From IMG/VR virus record IMGVR_UViG_3300036770_004428, positions 30,982 through 94,981 of that record: a stretch of 64,000 bases of DNA. One strand, 5' to 3'. The stretch is from a virus. The position numbers were made by a program, and so were the translations under genes. Positions 1 to 9,278 of this stretch are shown here, piece after piece. The notes below the pieces were generated by a model. That model had not been told where the DNA came from, did no database searches, and saw only the letters and a list, made by a program, of their open reading frames with translations. Each line of letters starts with the position of its first letter. Within the stretch, counting starts at the first letter, position 1.

Positions 1-7
1 TTTATTA

Positions 8-15
8 ATAAATAT
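8..15 (-). promoter_or_regulatory. Putative late promoter ATATTTAT for a gene left of the window
   Basis: ataaatat on + strand, same motif as the other late-type sites; lies just downstream of the nrdJ terminator. Confidence 0.5.
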
Positions 16-64
16 TCAATCATGTAATTTATGGGAAAATATTAAAATGTAAATTTTAATAAAT

Positions 65-90
65 AAAAAACCCTCCAATAAGGAGGGTTT
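65..90 (-). terminator. Rho-independent terminator after nrdJ
   Basis: aaaaaa-ccctcc-aataa-ggaggg-ttt stem-loop, U-tract on minus strand. Confidence 0.75.
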
Positions 91-174
91 CTTTTTAACC
101 ATTCTTTTTTCTAATATTATATATTGCGTTAAGAACCTGTTGGATTAGTGTGGTGTCATTACCCCACGAAATTT

Positions 175-2034
175 TTACTTTATTTCGCATGCTCCACCTG
201 CACAAGCCAACTCACCACTTAAATCAGTGTTATCAGTTAATTCCACAACTTTAGTTAAATCAATATTAGAAAGTGATTTCATCATTCTATTATAAGTTTC
301 TTCATCACAATCTTCAAAAGGAGCTTGCTGATAAGTCCCACCATTATATGGTAATACAGACAAACCATTATAATATTCACGATTATTCCACATCCATTCT
401 CCGGCTAACTCCCATTCATTTTCTTTCAATGAAACTGTAGCTGATACATTGTGTGTATTTTGTCCAGTTCTATGTCCAGGTTTAATCCATTCTTGAGCTA
501 CTTTTTTAATTCTTTCTAATAATTCAAAAGGAGATTCATGTCTAAGAATAGAACCTGCTGGTGCTTTTTGTGGTACAGAAATAACGGCTGTATCGTGTGG
601 TCTAAATACCTCATCTTCAATTAATTCAGGGTGATTAATAGCTAGATATGTATAGATAGCCTCATTCTTACCAACTCTGATTCTTCTAATATAATAGTCG
701 TTATGCCATGCGTGAATACCTGAAGAAGTACCTAAGGTTAATGAAGTAGTACCAGCTGGTTTAACAGTTGTTGTACGTGCTGATTCATTAATACCAATTA
801 TTTTAGCTATTCTTGCATTTTCTTCTTTAACTGCTTCTGCTGCTTCAGACATATCATAACCTAAAACAGTACCAGAACCAATACCTGTCATAGAAACACC
901 AATTAAGGCATCTTTTTCAGTAGTTCTTTTCCATACATCTCTTAAGTAATGGAAATCAGTATATCCGGCTTGTAATGTTCCAATGAATGCTGCCCCTTTA
1001 ACTCTATTGTTAAAGTCTTCTTGTGACTCAATGTTAGAAACATTTACTTCACATAGGTTACAGAATTGGAAGGGTCTAAGAGCAATTTCACAACAAGGAT
1101 TAGTTCCCCAATCTTTATCATAAGAGAAATAAATTCCAGGTTCACCTGCTCCCGATAATTCAACTCTTTTCCATAAATCTAAGAAAAATTCTTTTGTGAT
1201 TTTATTTCTAAGTAAAACTGCTGAGTTATTAGCTCTACCTCTTTGTGGGTTTAATTCCCACCATGAACCTGACTTACAAGTAACCATATCATTATCATCT
1301 GCTGAGAATAAAGAAATCAATGCTGCTCTACGGATACCTCCAGCTAACACAGCATCAGCAATATGACAAACAATATCATGTACCTCTATTGTACTTAGTT
1401 TTGTATTATCTTCTTTTGCGTCTAAAACTTTTGTAATATTATGGATACAATCTTTTAGTGGCTGTGGTCCAGGTGCTTTACCACCAGAAGTAACCAACAA
1501 AGCTCCTTTTGGTCTAATGTCTGAAAAATCAAATACAGGTGTAGAAGAAGTAACACCAAAATAAGATTTCATTAAAATTTTAATTGCGTCTGCCCACCCT
1601 TCAATCGAGTCACCAATTAAATATCTTCTTGTTCTATTAGGGTTTGGTTTTTGGATTTCAGGTAATTTTTCTACGTGATGTCTTTGAACTGAATATCCAA
1701 CACCAGTACCGCCTAATAAAAGAAACATTGTTTCAGAAAAAGCGTCTATGTGGTCAATCGGTAGGTAAGCACAGTTATAAACTCTGTTAGGTGATATTTC
1801 AATCGGTCTACCACCAAACTGTAGTGACCTCATCGAAGGTAATATTTTTTTATCATACACCATTTTATAAACTTCCTCAATTTCTTCTTTTAACTGAGGG
1901 TATTTCTTTTGATGCATTTCTTTGTTTCTAGTAACAAGTTCTTCCCAAGTCTCTCTTCTTTCTTTTTCGGGAAGATATTTTGCGTACTTCATATAGACAG
2001 TAATGTCCGATAAAATTTCATTAGATAACTCCAT
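175..2034 (-). CDS. nrdJ: Class II (adenosylcobalamin-dependent) ribonucleotide reductase, monomeric RTPR type
   Basis: YNCAY, TNPCCEI, FCNLCEV, TTVKPAGT motifs; C-terminal CAGGAC; no intein-sized insert. Confidence 0.92.
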   Translation of the reverse strand: MELSNEILSDITVYMKYAKYLPEKERRETWEELVTRNKEMHQKKYPQLKEEIEEVYKMVYDKKILPSMRSLQFGGRPIEISPNRVYNCAYLPIDHIDAFSETMFLLLGGTGVGYSVQRHHVEKLPEIQKPNPNRTRRYLIGDSIEGWADAIKILMKSYFGVTSSTPVFDFSDIRPKGALLVTSGGKAPGPQPLKDCIHNITKVLDAKEDNTKLSTIEVHDIVCHIADAVLAGGIRRAALISLFSADDNDMVTCKSGSWWELNPQRGRANNSAVLLRNKITKEFFLDLWKRVELSGAGEPGIYFSYDKDWGTNPCCEIALRPFQFCNLCEVNVSNIESQEDFNNRVKGAAFIGTLQAGYTDFHYLRDVWKRTTEKDALIGVSMTGIGSGTVLGYDMSEAAEAVKEENARIAKIIGINESARTTTVKPAGTTSLTLGTSSGIHAWHNDYYIRRIRVGKNEAIYTYLAINHPELIEDEVFRPHDTAVISVPQKAPAGSILRHESPFELLERIKKVAQEWIKPGHRTGQNTHNVSATVSLKENEWELAGEWMWNNREYYNGLSVLPYNGGTYQQAPFEDCDEETYNRMMKSLSNIDLTKVVELTDNTDLSGELACAGGACEIK

Positions 2035-2068
2035 TTTTTAAATTTTTAATTAATTAATTATTTGATTT

Positions 2069-3478
2069 TTAGTTTGATTCAGTTTCTCTTTGTTCTTTTC
2101 TGAGTCTTGCCATTTTTATTCTTTCTCTAGCATTTTCTTCTTTTCTTTCTTCTACTTTTCTTTCATAACCTAAGAAAGTGTCTGAAGATTCTGTGTCGAT
2201 ATAAACCCTACCGTTGTCAAATGTACAGTCCTCAAATAAAACTCCGTCTTTACCGAATCTAGATTTTAAAACCGCTATCGTTGCTCTATTACCTTCTTTT
2301 TGTGGTAATGTTCTAGCGATAGACATAATAAAATGACCAATTTGTGCTTTCTTAATTGAGCCACCCATTTGGTCACCTGTTACAACGTCTGATGAGATTG
2401 ATTGTCTGTTACCTTGTACAGCTGTCCATCCTACCATTTCGTATTCGGCTAACATAGATTCAAATCCTCTCATTACGTTGCCTTCACCTGACCATTCATC
2501 ATTATATTTTCTTGTAGATTCAACACAATCAATATAATCTAAAACAATCACGTCAGGTTTAAACCCTGTTGAGATTAAATGTCTCACATATGTCTTAATG
2601 TGGTTAACAGTAATCCCTTCAGAAGGAAACTTTCTAATAACTAAATCGTTTTCTCTGTTTTCAGTTTTTTCTTTTATAACTTCAATAACAGCCTCCTTAT
2701 CTTCGGATAATTGATTTAATTCAATTCCACTCCAACAAGCTGCGTGTTTTCTTTTGATGACATCAGGTATGTCTTCGAAAACGATTTGTAAAACATTTGC
2801 TCCCACGTTATAGGCCGTGTTAGCTATTTTAGTGAGAATGGTCGTCTTTCCTACTCCATATGGCGCCAATACAACCCCTAACTCACCTCTTGATAGACCT
2901 CCATCGGTTAATTCATCTATACCACTTATTCCCGTAGGAATTGGATGTCTAAAATTTTCTTCTAGTACTGTATCCCATCCTTCAGTAATAGAAGTGCCAT
3001 CGTCTTTTTCTGCTCCAATGGCTAAAGCTTCTTTCATTATTTCAACACATTCATCATATCTACCAAATTCACCGTTATCAATTATTTTTGAAACAGCGTC
3101 ATTAGCCTTTTTTAACTCTTGTTGTCTACAAAAATTTAAAGATTCATTTTGTACGTATTCCCAATCCTCAACATTTAGATTTCTAATTTCTTTTGTAATC
3201 TCAAAAACATAGTCTTGTGTAATCTTATCTTTAATTTCTACTTTTAAAATAGTCTCTAAAGTATCCCAAGCAGGAATTTTTTCAAATCTTTCAAAATAAT
3301 CTTTTACTGTTACAATAATTAACCTAAAATATTCATTATCAAAATACTTAGCATGTACAATATCAATAATTCTATCGGCAAACTTTTTATTAGCTGGGTG
3401 TAATATTTGGTTTATTAATTCTGTCTGAAACTTATATCCTAAATACCCTAGTGTTAACTCTTTACTCATACCAAACAT
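2069..3478 (-). CDS. DnaB-like (SF4) replicative helicase
   Basis: PIPTG, Walker A APYGVGKT, IVLDYID, AVQGNR, KSRFG; start may be 3469. Confidence 0.88.
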   Translation of the reverse strand: MFGMSKELTLGYLGYKFQTELINQILHPANKKFADRIIDIVHAKYFDNEYFRLIIVTVKDYFERFEKIPAWDTLETILKVEIKDKITQDYVFEITKEIRNLNVEDWEYVQNESLNFCRQQELKKANDAVSKIIDNGEFGRYDECVEIMKEALAIGAEKDDGTSITEGWDTVLEENFRHPIPTGISGIDELTDGGLSRGELGVVLAPYGVGKTTILTKIANTAYNVGANVLQIVFEDIPDVIKRKHAACWSGIELNQLSEDKEAVIEVIKEKTENRENDLVIRKFPSEGITVNHIKTYVRHLISTGFKPDVIVLDYIDCVESTRKYNDEWSGEGNVMRGFESMLAEYEMVGWTAVQGNRQSISSDVVTGDQMGGSIKKAQIGHFIMSIARTLPQKEGNRATIAVLKSRFGKDGVLFEDCTFDNGRVYIDTESSDTFLGYERKVEERKEENARERIKMARLRKEQRETESN

Positions 3479-3496
3479 TTAATAATAAATAACGAT

Positions 3497-3934
3497 TTAC
3501 AAAGATATTCCGCAGTATTCCACACTAAAATTTTCTGCAGAAAATGTTTCTTGGATTTCTTTAACTAAGGCAGGGATTATCTTTCTAATATCCACAGAGT
3601 ATCTAATTCTTTGTGGATAAACATTACCAGTAAACCCTTTTTTAACTAGTAACTTGTCATCAACTTTAATTTCAAAGTCAAAAATGTCTTCGTTATCATA
3701 GATATTTTCAGACACTATCTCTTCAGGTAATTGTTTTTTCCAAGGATTATAACTTTTATGTAAATAATCTGATGTTTTTTCTTTTAAGTCACTTTCAATA
3801 ATGTTGACACATCTATCTACACAATCTTTAACCTCCATTGACCTAAGTGAATCAGGATTAAAATTCTTAACTGTAAAGTATCTTTGACAGATAATGTTTT
3901 TGTTGATGTACAACACAAATTCAAATTTTTTCAT
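3497..3934 (-). CDS. Hypothetical protein in replication operon
   Basis: 145-aa ORF overlapping the exonuclease end. Confidence 0.7.
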   Translation of the reverse strand: MKKFEFVLYINKNIICQRYFTVKNFNPDSLRSMEVKDCVDRCVNIIESDLKEKTSDYLHKSYNPWKKQLPEEIVSENIYDNEDIFDFEIKVDDKLLVKKGFTGNVYPQRIRYSVDIRKIIPALVKEIQETFSAENFSVEYCGISL

Positions 3935-4961
3935 TTTTTTGTTTTTTAAAATTTAACGTTTCTTTTTTAATTAATCTAATAAATGGTTCCATAAAATTTA
4001 TGTAACCGTTTTCCCCACCAGGTAATGCATATATAACACCGTCTTCTATCATCATTTTTAATACGTTTTTATATTCTCTACCTTCTGGATCTAATGGTAA
4101 GTCTATTAAATTTTTCATAGATTCTCTAGCCTCTTCTGTTAATAAAGGGTGGTTTAAATCAATTATTTTTTGATTTATTTCATAAAATGGTCCTCTATGA
4201 ACTCCCCTTGATACTCCGTTAAGTATATTATCTATTACTTTTAAAGGTGATTTACCTCTGCCTTCTTGGATTAATTTGCTTTGTTCAAATATTTCCTCCA
4301 AGGTTACCTTTCTTTCTTTTAATTGTGGGAAATGTGTTAATAATGTATTTTCAGTTACTCCATCAATACCTTTAATATTATCAGAAGAACAACCTTCAAT
4401 CATTTTTATTAAACCAGCGTTTTGATAATTATGTTCAAAAAACCAACCATAGTTACCAACACCTACTTCCATTTTTTTATCCGCTAAAAAAATTGTAACT
4501 TCCTCATTAATTAACTGACACATATCCCTATCATTAGTGTAAATCATTACATCTTCTGATTTATTTTTATTTAAACAATAAAAAGCGATTAAATCATCTG
4601 ATTCAACATCAGCGTGTTCATATTGTCTAATAAAAAGATCTTCAGCATATTGTTTTACCCTAATCTTTTGTATCTCGTAATCTTGGTCAAAGAATCTAGG
4701 TCTATTTTCTTTGTACTCTGGGTAATAATCTAAACGTAAAGTACCTCCACGTTCACCATCCCAAGTGATTACAACCTTGTCAATTTTATGTTCAACGATT
4801 ATTTTACGTAACGTACTATAAAAAGCGAATATACCACCTATATGTTTGTCTTTATGGTAAACGTTCTTAGCTCCGTTATAAGAACGTTTCATAAGAACGT
4901 TACCATCGACAATAAGTGTTTTTGTACGTTTGTTTAATTTTCTAGGAATTCGTAGACCCAT
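3921..4961 (-). CDS. 5'-3' exonuclease / flap endonuclease (PolI N-terminal or T4 RNase H-like)
   Basis: LIVDGN, YKENR, ESDDLIA, TNDRD, SDNIKGIDGV (H3TH); ATG 4961 preferred over the track start 4988. Confidence 0.88.
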   Translation of the reverse strand: MGLRIPRKLNKRTKTLIVDGNVLMKRSYNGAKNVYHKDKHIGGIFAFYSTLRKIIVEHKIDKVVITWDGERGGTLRLDYYPEYKENRPRFFDQDYEIQKIRVKQYAEDLFIRQYEHADVESDDLIAFYCLNKNKSEDVMIYTNDRDMCQLINEEVTIFLADKKMEVGVGNYGWFFEHNYQNAGLIKMIEGCSSDNIKGIDGVTENTLLTHFPQLKERKVTLEEIFEQSKLIQEGRGKSPLKVIDNILNGVSRGVHRGPFYEINQKIIDLNHPLLTEEARESMKNLIDLPLDPEGREYKNVLKMMIEDGVIYALPGGENGYINFMEPFIRLIKKETLNFKKQKNEKI

Positions 4962-5193
4962 TCTTTTTAAAATTAAAAGGTCCAACAATACTTTGACTAA
5001 TTATTTCTTCTTCGGTTAATTCTAATACACCTAATTCTAACAATAAGTTTTTATGTTCTTCTGTTATTACATCACCTGTTAAAAATTTTTCAACACCTAT
5101 TTGTATAACATAATAACAACTTAATTGTGACCTCTCATTATCAATAAGAGCCTCCTCATTTAGTTCTTTAAGTTTATTATAATTAAGTTTCAT
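4942..5193 (-). CDS. Hypothetical protein
   Basis: 83-aa ORF between recA and the exonuclease. Confidence 0.6.
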   Translation of the reverse strand: MKLNYNKLKELNEEALIDNERSQLSCYYVIQIGVEKFLTGDVITEEHKNLLLELGVLELTEEEIISQSIVGPFNFKKNGSTNS

Positions 5194-5202
5194 TTTTATT
5201 TT

Positions 5203-6261
5203 TTAAACTAGTCCATCAATTCCCTCATCTAATGTGAGTTCACTTTCTTCTACTTCGAAGTTAAGGTCGTTTTCATTAACCTCCTCAACACCACTTTTAA
5301 TAAACATATCAATCCAATAATCGGCGTATGCTTTTTTGTAGCTGTCTTCAGCCTCTTTAGAATCCTCAATAAAATCATGTGGTGTCACAATAACTTTACC
5401 GTCTTGATATCCGATACCATTAACGTGGTTTTTAAGAATAGAAATTTTACTTCTAGTAGCGTAATTAATACTTCTACTATTTTTAGTGGCTTTCAATTTT
5501 TGTGTTCCAGCATTTTTTTGATTTCCAAATAAGAAAATCAAAGTACTGTTCAAGTAAATTGCTTCACCACCTTTCATTTTAATTTTTGGTTGTCCCATTG
5601 GATTGTCTGGTAATTCAACCCATGGTTGATTAACGAATACAATGGTATTTGTATGGAAGTTAGTTTCTTTTCTAGAACCAGTGATTCTACCATTAAGTCC
5701 CATACCAATTTTATCCGCTAAAACTGATGCGTTATGCATTTTACCACCCTTTCCTTCAAAAGTCATTTTACAAGGAATAGAACCAACTGAATCCCACAAG
5801 AAACAAATGTCCATCGGAGTTCCATCTTCATGTTGCCACTTTTCTTTTTCTTGTGTATCTAATACTTCGTTCATGTAGTCAGTGATTTGTTCAATATAGT
5901 CAAAATCATCACGGAATATGAAGAACCCTGACCAATCGCCAGGGGATTCTTCTTCACAATCAAACCCCATCATTTTTGCGTGAGAGAAATTCCATTTCTT
6001 CTCAGTAATAATGAAAACAGGTAGAATTCCGTTTTTTTGACACCAAATAGCTGACTTAATTAAAGCTGTTGTCTTTCCAGTATCAGAATGACCTAAGAAA
6101 ACATTAAGATGTCCAATAGCCGGACCAGGTACACCTGTAGCTCCTTGAAAAACGGGTCCTAGGTCAATAAATCTATCGGGTTTATATTTTGTTTTTGATG
6201 AAAATCTATCTTTAACTGAATCTAAAGAAAAAGATTTTTTCTTAATACTTGTCTTAGCCAT
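5203..6261 (-). CDS. recA: RecA/UvsX-like recombinase
   Basis: Walker A GHSDTGKT, WDSVGS, FVNQ, KGGEA. Confidence 0.85.
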   Translation of the reverse strand: MAKTSIKKKSFSLDSVKDRFSSKTKYKPDRFIDLGPVFQGATGVPGPAIGHLNVFLGHSDTGKTTALIKSAIWCQKNGILPVFIITEKKWNFSHAKMMGFDCEEESPGDWSGFFIFRDDFDYIEQITDYMNEVLDTQEKEKWQHEDGTPMDICFLWDSVGSIPCKMTFEGKGGKMHNASVLADKIGMGLNGRITGSRKETNFHTNTIVFVNQPWVELPDNPMGQPKIKMKGGEAIYLNSTLIFLFGNQKNAGTQKLKATKNSRSINYATRSKISILKNHVNGIGYQDGKVIVTPHDFIEDSKEAEDSYKKAYADYWIDMFIKSGVEEVNENDLNFEVEESELTLDEGIDGLV

Positions 6262-6272
6262 ATTTTAATTTT

Positions 6273-7160
6273 TTAGAATGGATCTTCGTCACCGTAATCA
6301 TCGTCATCATCCATAGATGGTGTACTTACTTTAGTACTTTCTTTTTTAGGAGCTGACTTAAATGAAGATTCAGAATCAGAGTCATCACCTTTAGCAACAA
6401 ATTTCTCAAGATTTTTATCCCATGTAGGGGTCTCACCGTCAGCGATTAATTGTACATAATCTAAAGGTTGTGCCTTGTAAATTTCTTTCCAAGTCATTGT
6501 ATCACCCATCCATTCTTTAGCTTTAGCTGACTTAGGGTCGGTTAAAACATCTACATCTTCAGCCATAATAGAAGTTATTTTAGCATAACCTTTATTATCA
6601 CGACCAATAATTAAAGTAATATCTCTACCTTCTCTAGGGTCTGTGATATCACCTCTTTTTGTAAACAAAGGAATGATTTTATCTAAAGCTCCTTCACCTT
6701 TATAGTTGTGTGGAAATCTCCAAAATTTAATACCATCACCTTCATTAGCTCTATCAATAATTCTAGCTAAATAGAATTTTTTAGCAGAATACTGTGTTGC
6801 TAGTTCTTTGTCTGTTTTGTTTCCTGTTTCTTTCCATGATTTGAAAAGTTCGTCTGAAACTTCACATAGTGGACAATGTTCTCCATCGTTATGTTTTCTA
6901 CAATAGATTTTTCTCCACTTACCACCGACTTTAATTGAGTGCCAGTGTCCCTCATCAAATGGTGTATCACCTTCTTTTACAACAGGGTGAACACCTTTTT
7001 TAGGTGGCATAAGTCTAACGGTTGATTCTCCGTTGTCTGTGCCTTCCTCTAATCTTACAGCAAAATATTTACTGAAATCTTGTTCGTATGAACCACCTGA
7101 ACTACTTCCTCCAGATTTGTTACCTTCATACTGTTTTGCAATCGCATCGAGTACACTCAT
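6273..7160 (-). CDS. Single-stranded DNA-binding protein, T4 gp32-like
   Basis: H..C...CPLC zinc site, GDITDP..G.D motif, acidic tail DDDDDYGDEDPF; next to recA. Confidence 0.82.
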   Translation of the reverse strand: MSVLDAIAKQYEGNKSGGSSSGGSYEQDFSKYFAVRLEEGTDNGESTVRLMPPKKGVHPVVKEGDTPFDEGHWHSIKVGGKWRKIYCRKHNDGEHCPLCEVSDELFKSWKETGNKTDKELATQYSAKKFYLARIIDRANEGDGIKFWRFPHNYKGEGALDKIIPLFTKRGDITDPREGRDITLIIGRDNKGYAKITSIMAEDVDVLTDPKSAKAKEWMGDTMTWKEIYKAQPLDYVQLIADGETPTWDKNLEKFVAKGDDSDSESSFKSAPKKESTKVSTPSMDDDDDYGDEDPF

Positions 7161-7202
7161 AATTACTTTTTTTTTGTTAATTAATAATTTGTTATCTGTT
7201 TA

Positions 7203-7231
7203 ATTATAATAAAACATTCTTATTTAGTAAA
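7203..7231 (-). promoter_or_regulatory. Putative middle-class promoter TTTACT-N17-TATAAT for the ssb-recA-exo-helicase-nrdJ operon
   Basis: agtaaa 7226-7231 and attata 7203-7208 on +, exact 17-bp spacer. Confidence 0.65.
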
Positions 7232-7232
7232 T

Positions 7233-7258
7233 AAAAAAGAGGTCCGAAAACCTCTTTT
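7233..7258 (-). terminator. Terminator upstream of the ssb promoter
   Basis: aaaagagg-tccgaaaa-cctctttt inverted repeat. Confidence 0.65.
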
Positions 7259-7277
7259 ATTTTTATTTAATTTGATT

Positions 7278-8078
7278 TTAATTTTTAATTTTTTTTCTTA
7301 ATTTAGATTCAGGCATAAATGATTTTTTGACACTTTCTTCACTATAATCAGAATCTAATTCTTCAGGCGTTAAAACATATTCTTGACTTACACCATCTTC
7401 TGTTTTTTCACCAGTAGAGATTTTATATCTACTATCTTTAGCCGCTTTTTCTTCCCAATAATCAGATAATTTCATGTTGAACGGGTAAGAATCTAATGAA
7501 CGTAATTCTAATTTTTCTTCAGGTGTTTTAATGTCTTGTTCTAATTTACCTATTTTATTAGCTATATCATCCATTTTAGATAATTGTGCCTCTAAATTAG
7601 ATAACTTATCTGTTAAAGATTGTAGATAAGAACTATTTTGTTGCCCAACTGTTACAGCTTGTTGTGCCATTTCTTTTGCTTCATCAGAACCTTTTACGAT
7701 AGCTGTTACATCTATTTCTTCAACATCACCCTCATCTTCAGTTGTTCCCTCTAAATCATCAGCAGCACTAAATTCATCAGCAGTACCAAATTCATCTTCT
7801 GTTGCTGGTTCTTCAGTATCAGTCTCCTCTTCTTCAGGTGAACCCTCATCACCAAAATCAAAATCAGTGTTTTCTTCATTTCCACCTTCTTCATCTGTTA
7901 CTGGTTCTTCAGTATCAGCCTCCTCTTCTTCAGGGTCTGCCTCATTTAAGATTTCTGATTCACTAAAATAAGCACTCCTATCTGGACTCATCCTTTCAGA
8001 TATCATACCTTTTTCTGGTTTATAACCAAATAATTGTTTAAATCTTTCTAAATCTTCGTTTATTTTATTTTTAGCCAT
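7278..8078 (-). CDS. Acidic coiled-coil protein (possible scaffold or internal head protein)
   Basis: E/D-rich centre, coiled coil, N-terminal INEDLERFKQLFGY; ATG 8078 preferred; in late-motif operon. Confidence 0.55.
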   Translation of the reverse strand: MAKNKINEDLERFKQLFGYKPEKGMISERMSPDRSAYFSESEILNEADPEEEEADTEEPVTDEEGGNEENTDFDFGDEGSPEEEETDTEEPATEDEFGTADEFSAADDLEGTTEDEGDVEEIDVTAIVKGSDEAKEMAQQAVTVGQQNSSYLQSLTDKLSNLEAQLSKMDDIANKIGKLEQDIKTPEEKLELRSLDSYPFNMKLSDYWEEKAAKDSRYKISTGEKTEDGVSQEYVLTPEELDSDYSEESVKKSFMPESKLRKKIKN

Positions 8079-8079
8079 T

Positions 8080-8265
8080 TTATCTAGTATATTCACTTAA
8101 AAGTTGACGACCATCATTAGTGATGATTTTCTTATGTTCTCTTTGAACTAGTTCATCATTATCTTTAATTAAACACTCTTCTTCTTCACAATTTTTATTG
8201 TTATTTATAAAATTGTTTAATTTATTTTGTAGATCTTTTTCTTTGTTTTTAGTATTATCTTCCAT
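8080..8265 (-). CDS. Small hypothetical protein
   Basis: 61-aa ORF 13 nt downstream of an ATATTTAT motif. Confidence 0.65.
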   Translation of the reverse strand: MEDNTKNKEKDLQNKLNNFINNNKNCEEEECLIKDNDELVQREHKKIITNDGRQLLSEYTR

Positions 8266-8278
8266 AATTACTTTATTT

Positions 8279-8286
8279 ATAAATAT
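8279..8286 (-). promoter_or_regulatory. Late promoter motif ATATTTAT
   Basis: 13 nt upstream of ATG 8265. Confidence 0.65.
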
Positions 8287-8290
8287 GCCT

Positions 8291-8695
8291 TTATTCTATA
8301 ATCTTCTTATTAAGGGGTAAAATTTCTAAAACATCATTTTTTAAAGAAACCATAGTATTTTCGTATTTAGACCAATCTATCTCATACTGACTATAGTCAG
8401 CGTTACCTTTTGATATATTGTGTTCTTTTTCTACTAATTTATTTAAGGAATTAATTGTGAAAAATGTGGTACCCTTTTTATGTATTTGTACTGTATTAGG
8501 TAACTCTTTTTTAATATCTATTTTTTGGTCGAAATCAAGGAATAACCTATATGTTAGAATTAACTGATTATCATTTGTTTCAAAAAGAAAAACTGATTGT
8601 TTTTTAACACCAAAATTTTTATATATTTTATATAGGAATTTATCTAAGTATTCAGAATTAATGAACGTTGCCAATAGTATTACTTTTTTTTGCAT
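8291..8695 (-). CDS. Hypothetical protein
   Basis: 134-aa ORF overlapping its upstream neighbour. Confidence 0.7.
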   Translation of the reverse strand: MQKKVILLATFINSEYLDKFLYKIYKNFGVKKQSVFLFETNDNQLILTYRLFLDFDQKIDIKKELPNTVQIHKKGTTFFTINSLNKLVEKEHNISKGNADYSQYEIDWSKYENTMVSLKNDVLEILPLNKKIIE

Positions 8696-9224
8696 TCAAG
8701 TATGGTATATATTTTATATCAAGATTTTTTAAAATTTCAGGTACTTTACCAATTTCTTTTATATTCAATATTTCTTTAATCTCGTTTATAATGTCCCAAG
8801 ACATAAAATTCAAAAGACTAATGTCTATGTGATATATTTCTCTACCACAATAAACATAAAGTCTTTCAGAATATAAATATCCGTCACATCCTTGAACTGC
8901 TTCTTTTAGATAATTTAGGTATTCTATTTTGTTTTCAAAATTTAATGGATTTAAATTATTAGTTTTGACTTCAGATAATAAACTTTGTATTCCCTCAAAA
9001 ACTAATGATTTTATATTTTCTTCAAAAATTTTTCTTTTTTCTCTAGGAGAAAACGTCCAATAAACATTTTTATCTATTTTATGGTTTAAAATTGTTGCAC
9101 CCCTTTCTTTAGCAATATCCCAACCAACAATTATTTCAATAATACCGGAATCAAAAGACATAATATCGTTCATATAAGAACTAACTAAATCTTTTTCTTC
9201 TGTTGTTATTTTAATTAAATCCAT
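8658..9224 (-). CDS. Hypothetical protein
   Basis: 188-aa ORF with its own -35/-10-type promoter. Confidence 0.7.
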   Translation of the reverse strand: MDLIKITTEEKDLVSSYMNDIMSFDSGIIEIIVGWDIAKERGATILNHKIDKNVYWTFSPREKRKIFEENIKSLVFEGIQSLLSEVKTNNLNPLNFENKIEYLNYLKEAVQGCDGYLYSERLYVYCGREIYHIDISLLNFMSWDIINEIKEILNIKEIGKVPEILKNLDIKYIPYLNAKKSNTIGNVH

Positions 9225-9230
9225 ATTTTA

Positions 9231-9259
9231 ATTATATGAAAAATTAAACAACAAATAAA
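9231..9259 (-). promoter_or_regulatory. Putative middle-class promoter TTTATT-N17-TATAAT
   Basis: aataaa 9254-9259 and attata 9231-9236 on +, 17-bp spacer; -10 ends only 6 nt from the ATG. Confidence 0.5.
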
Positions 9260-9278
9260 GTTGTTTTAAATTATAATC

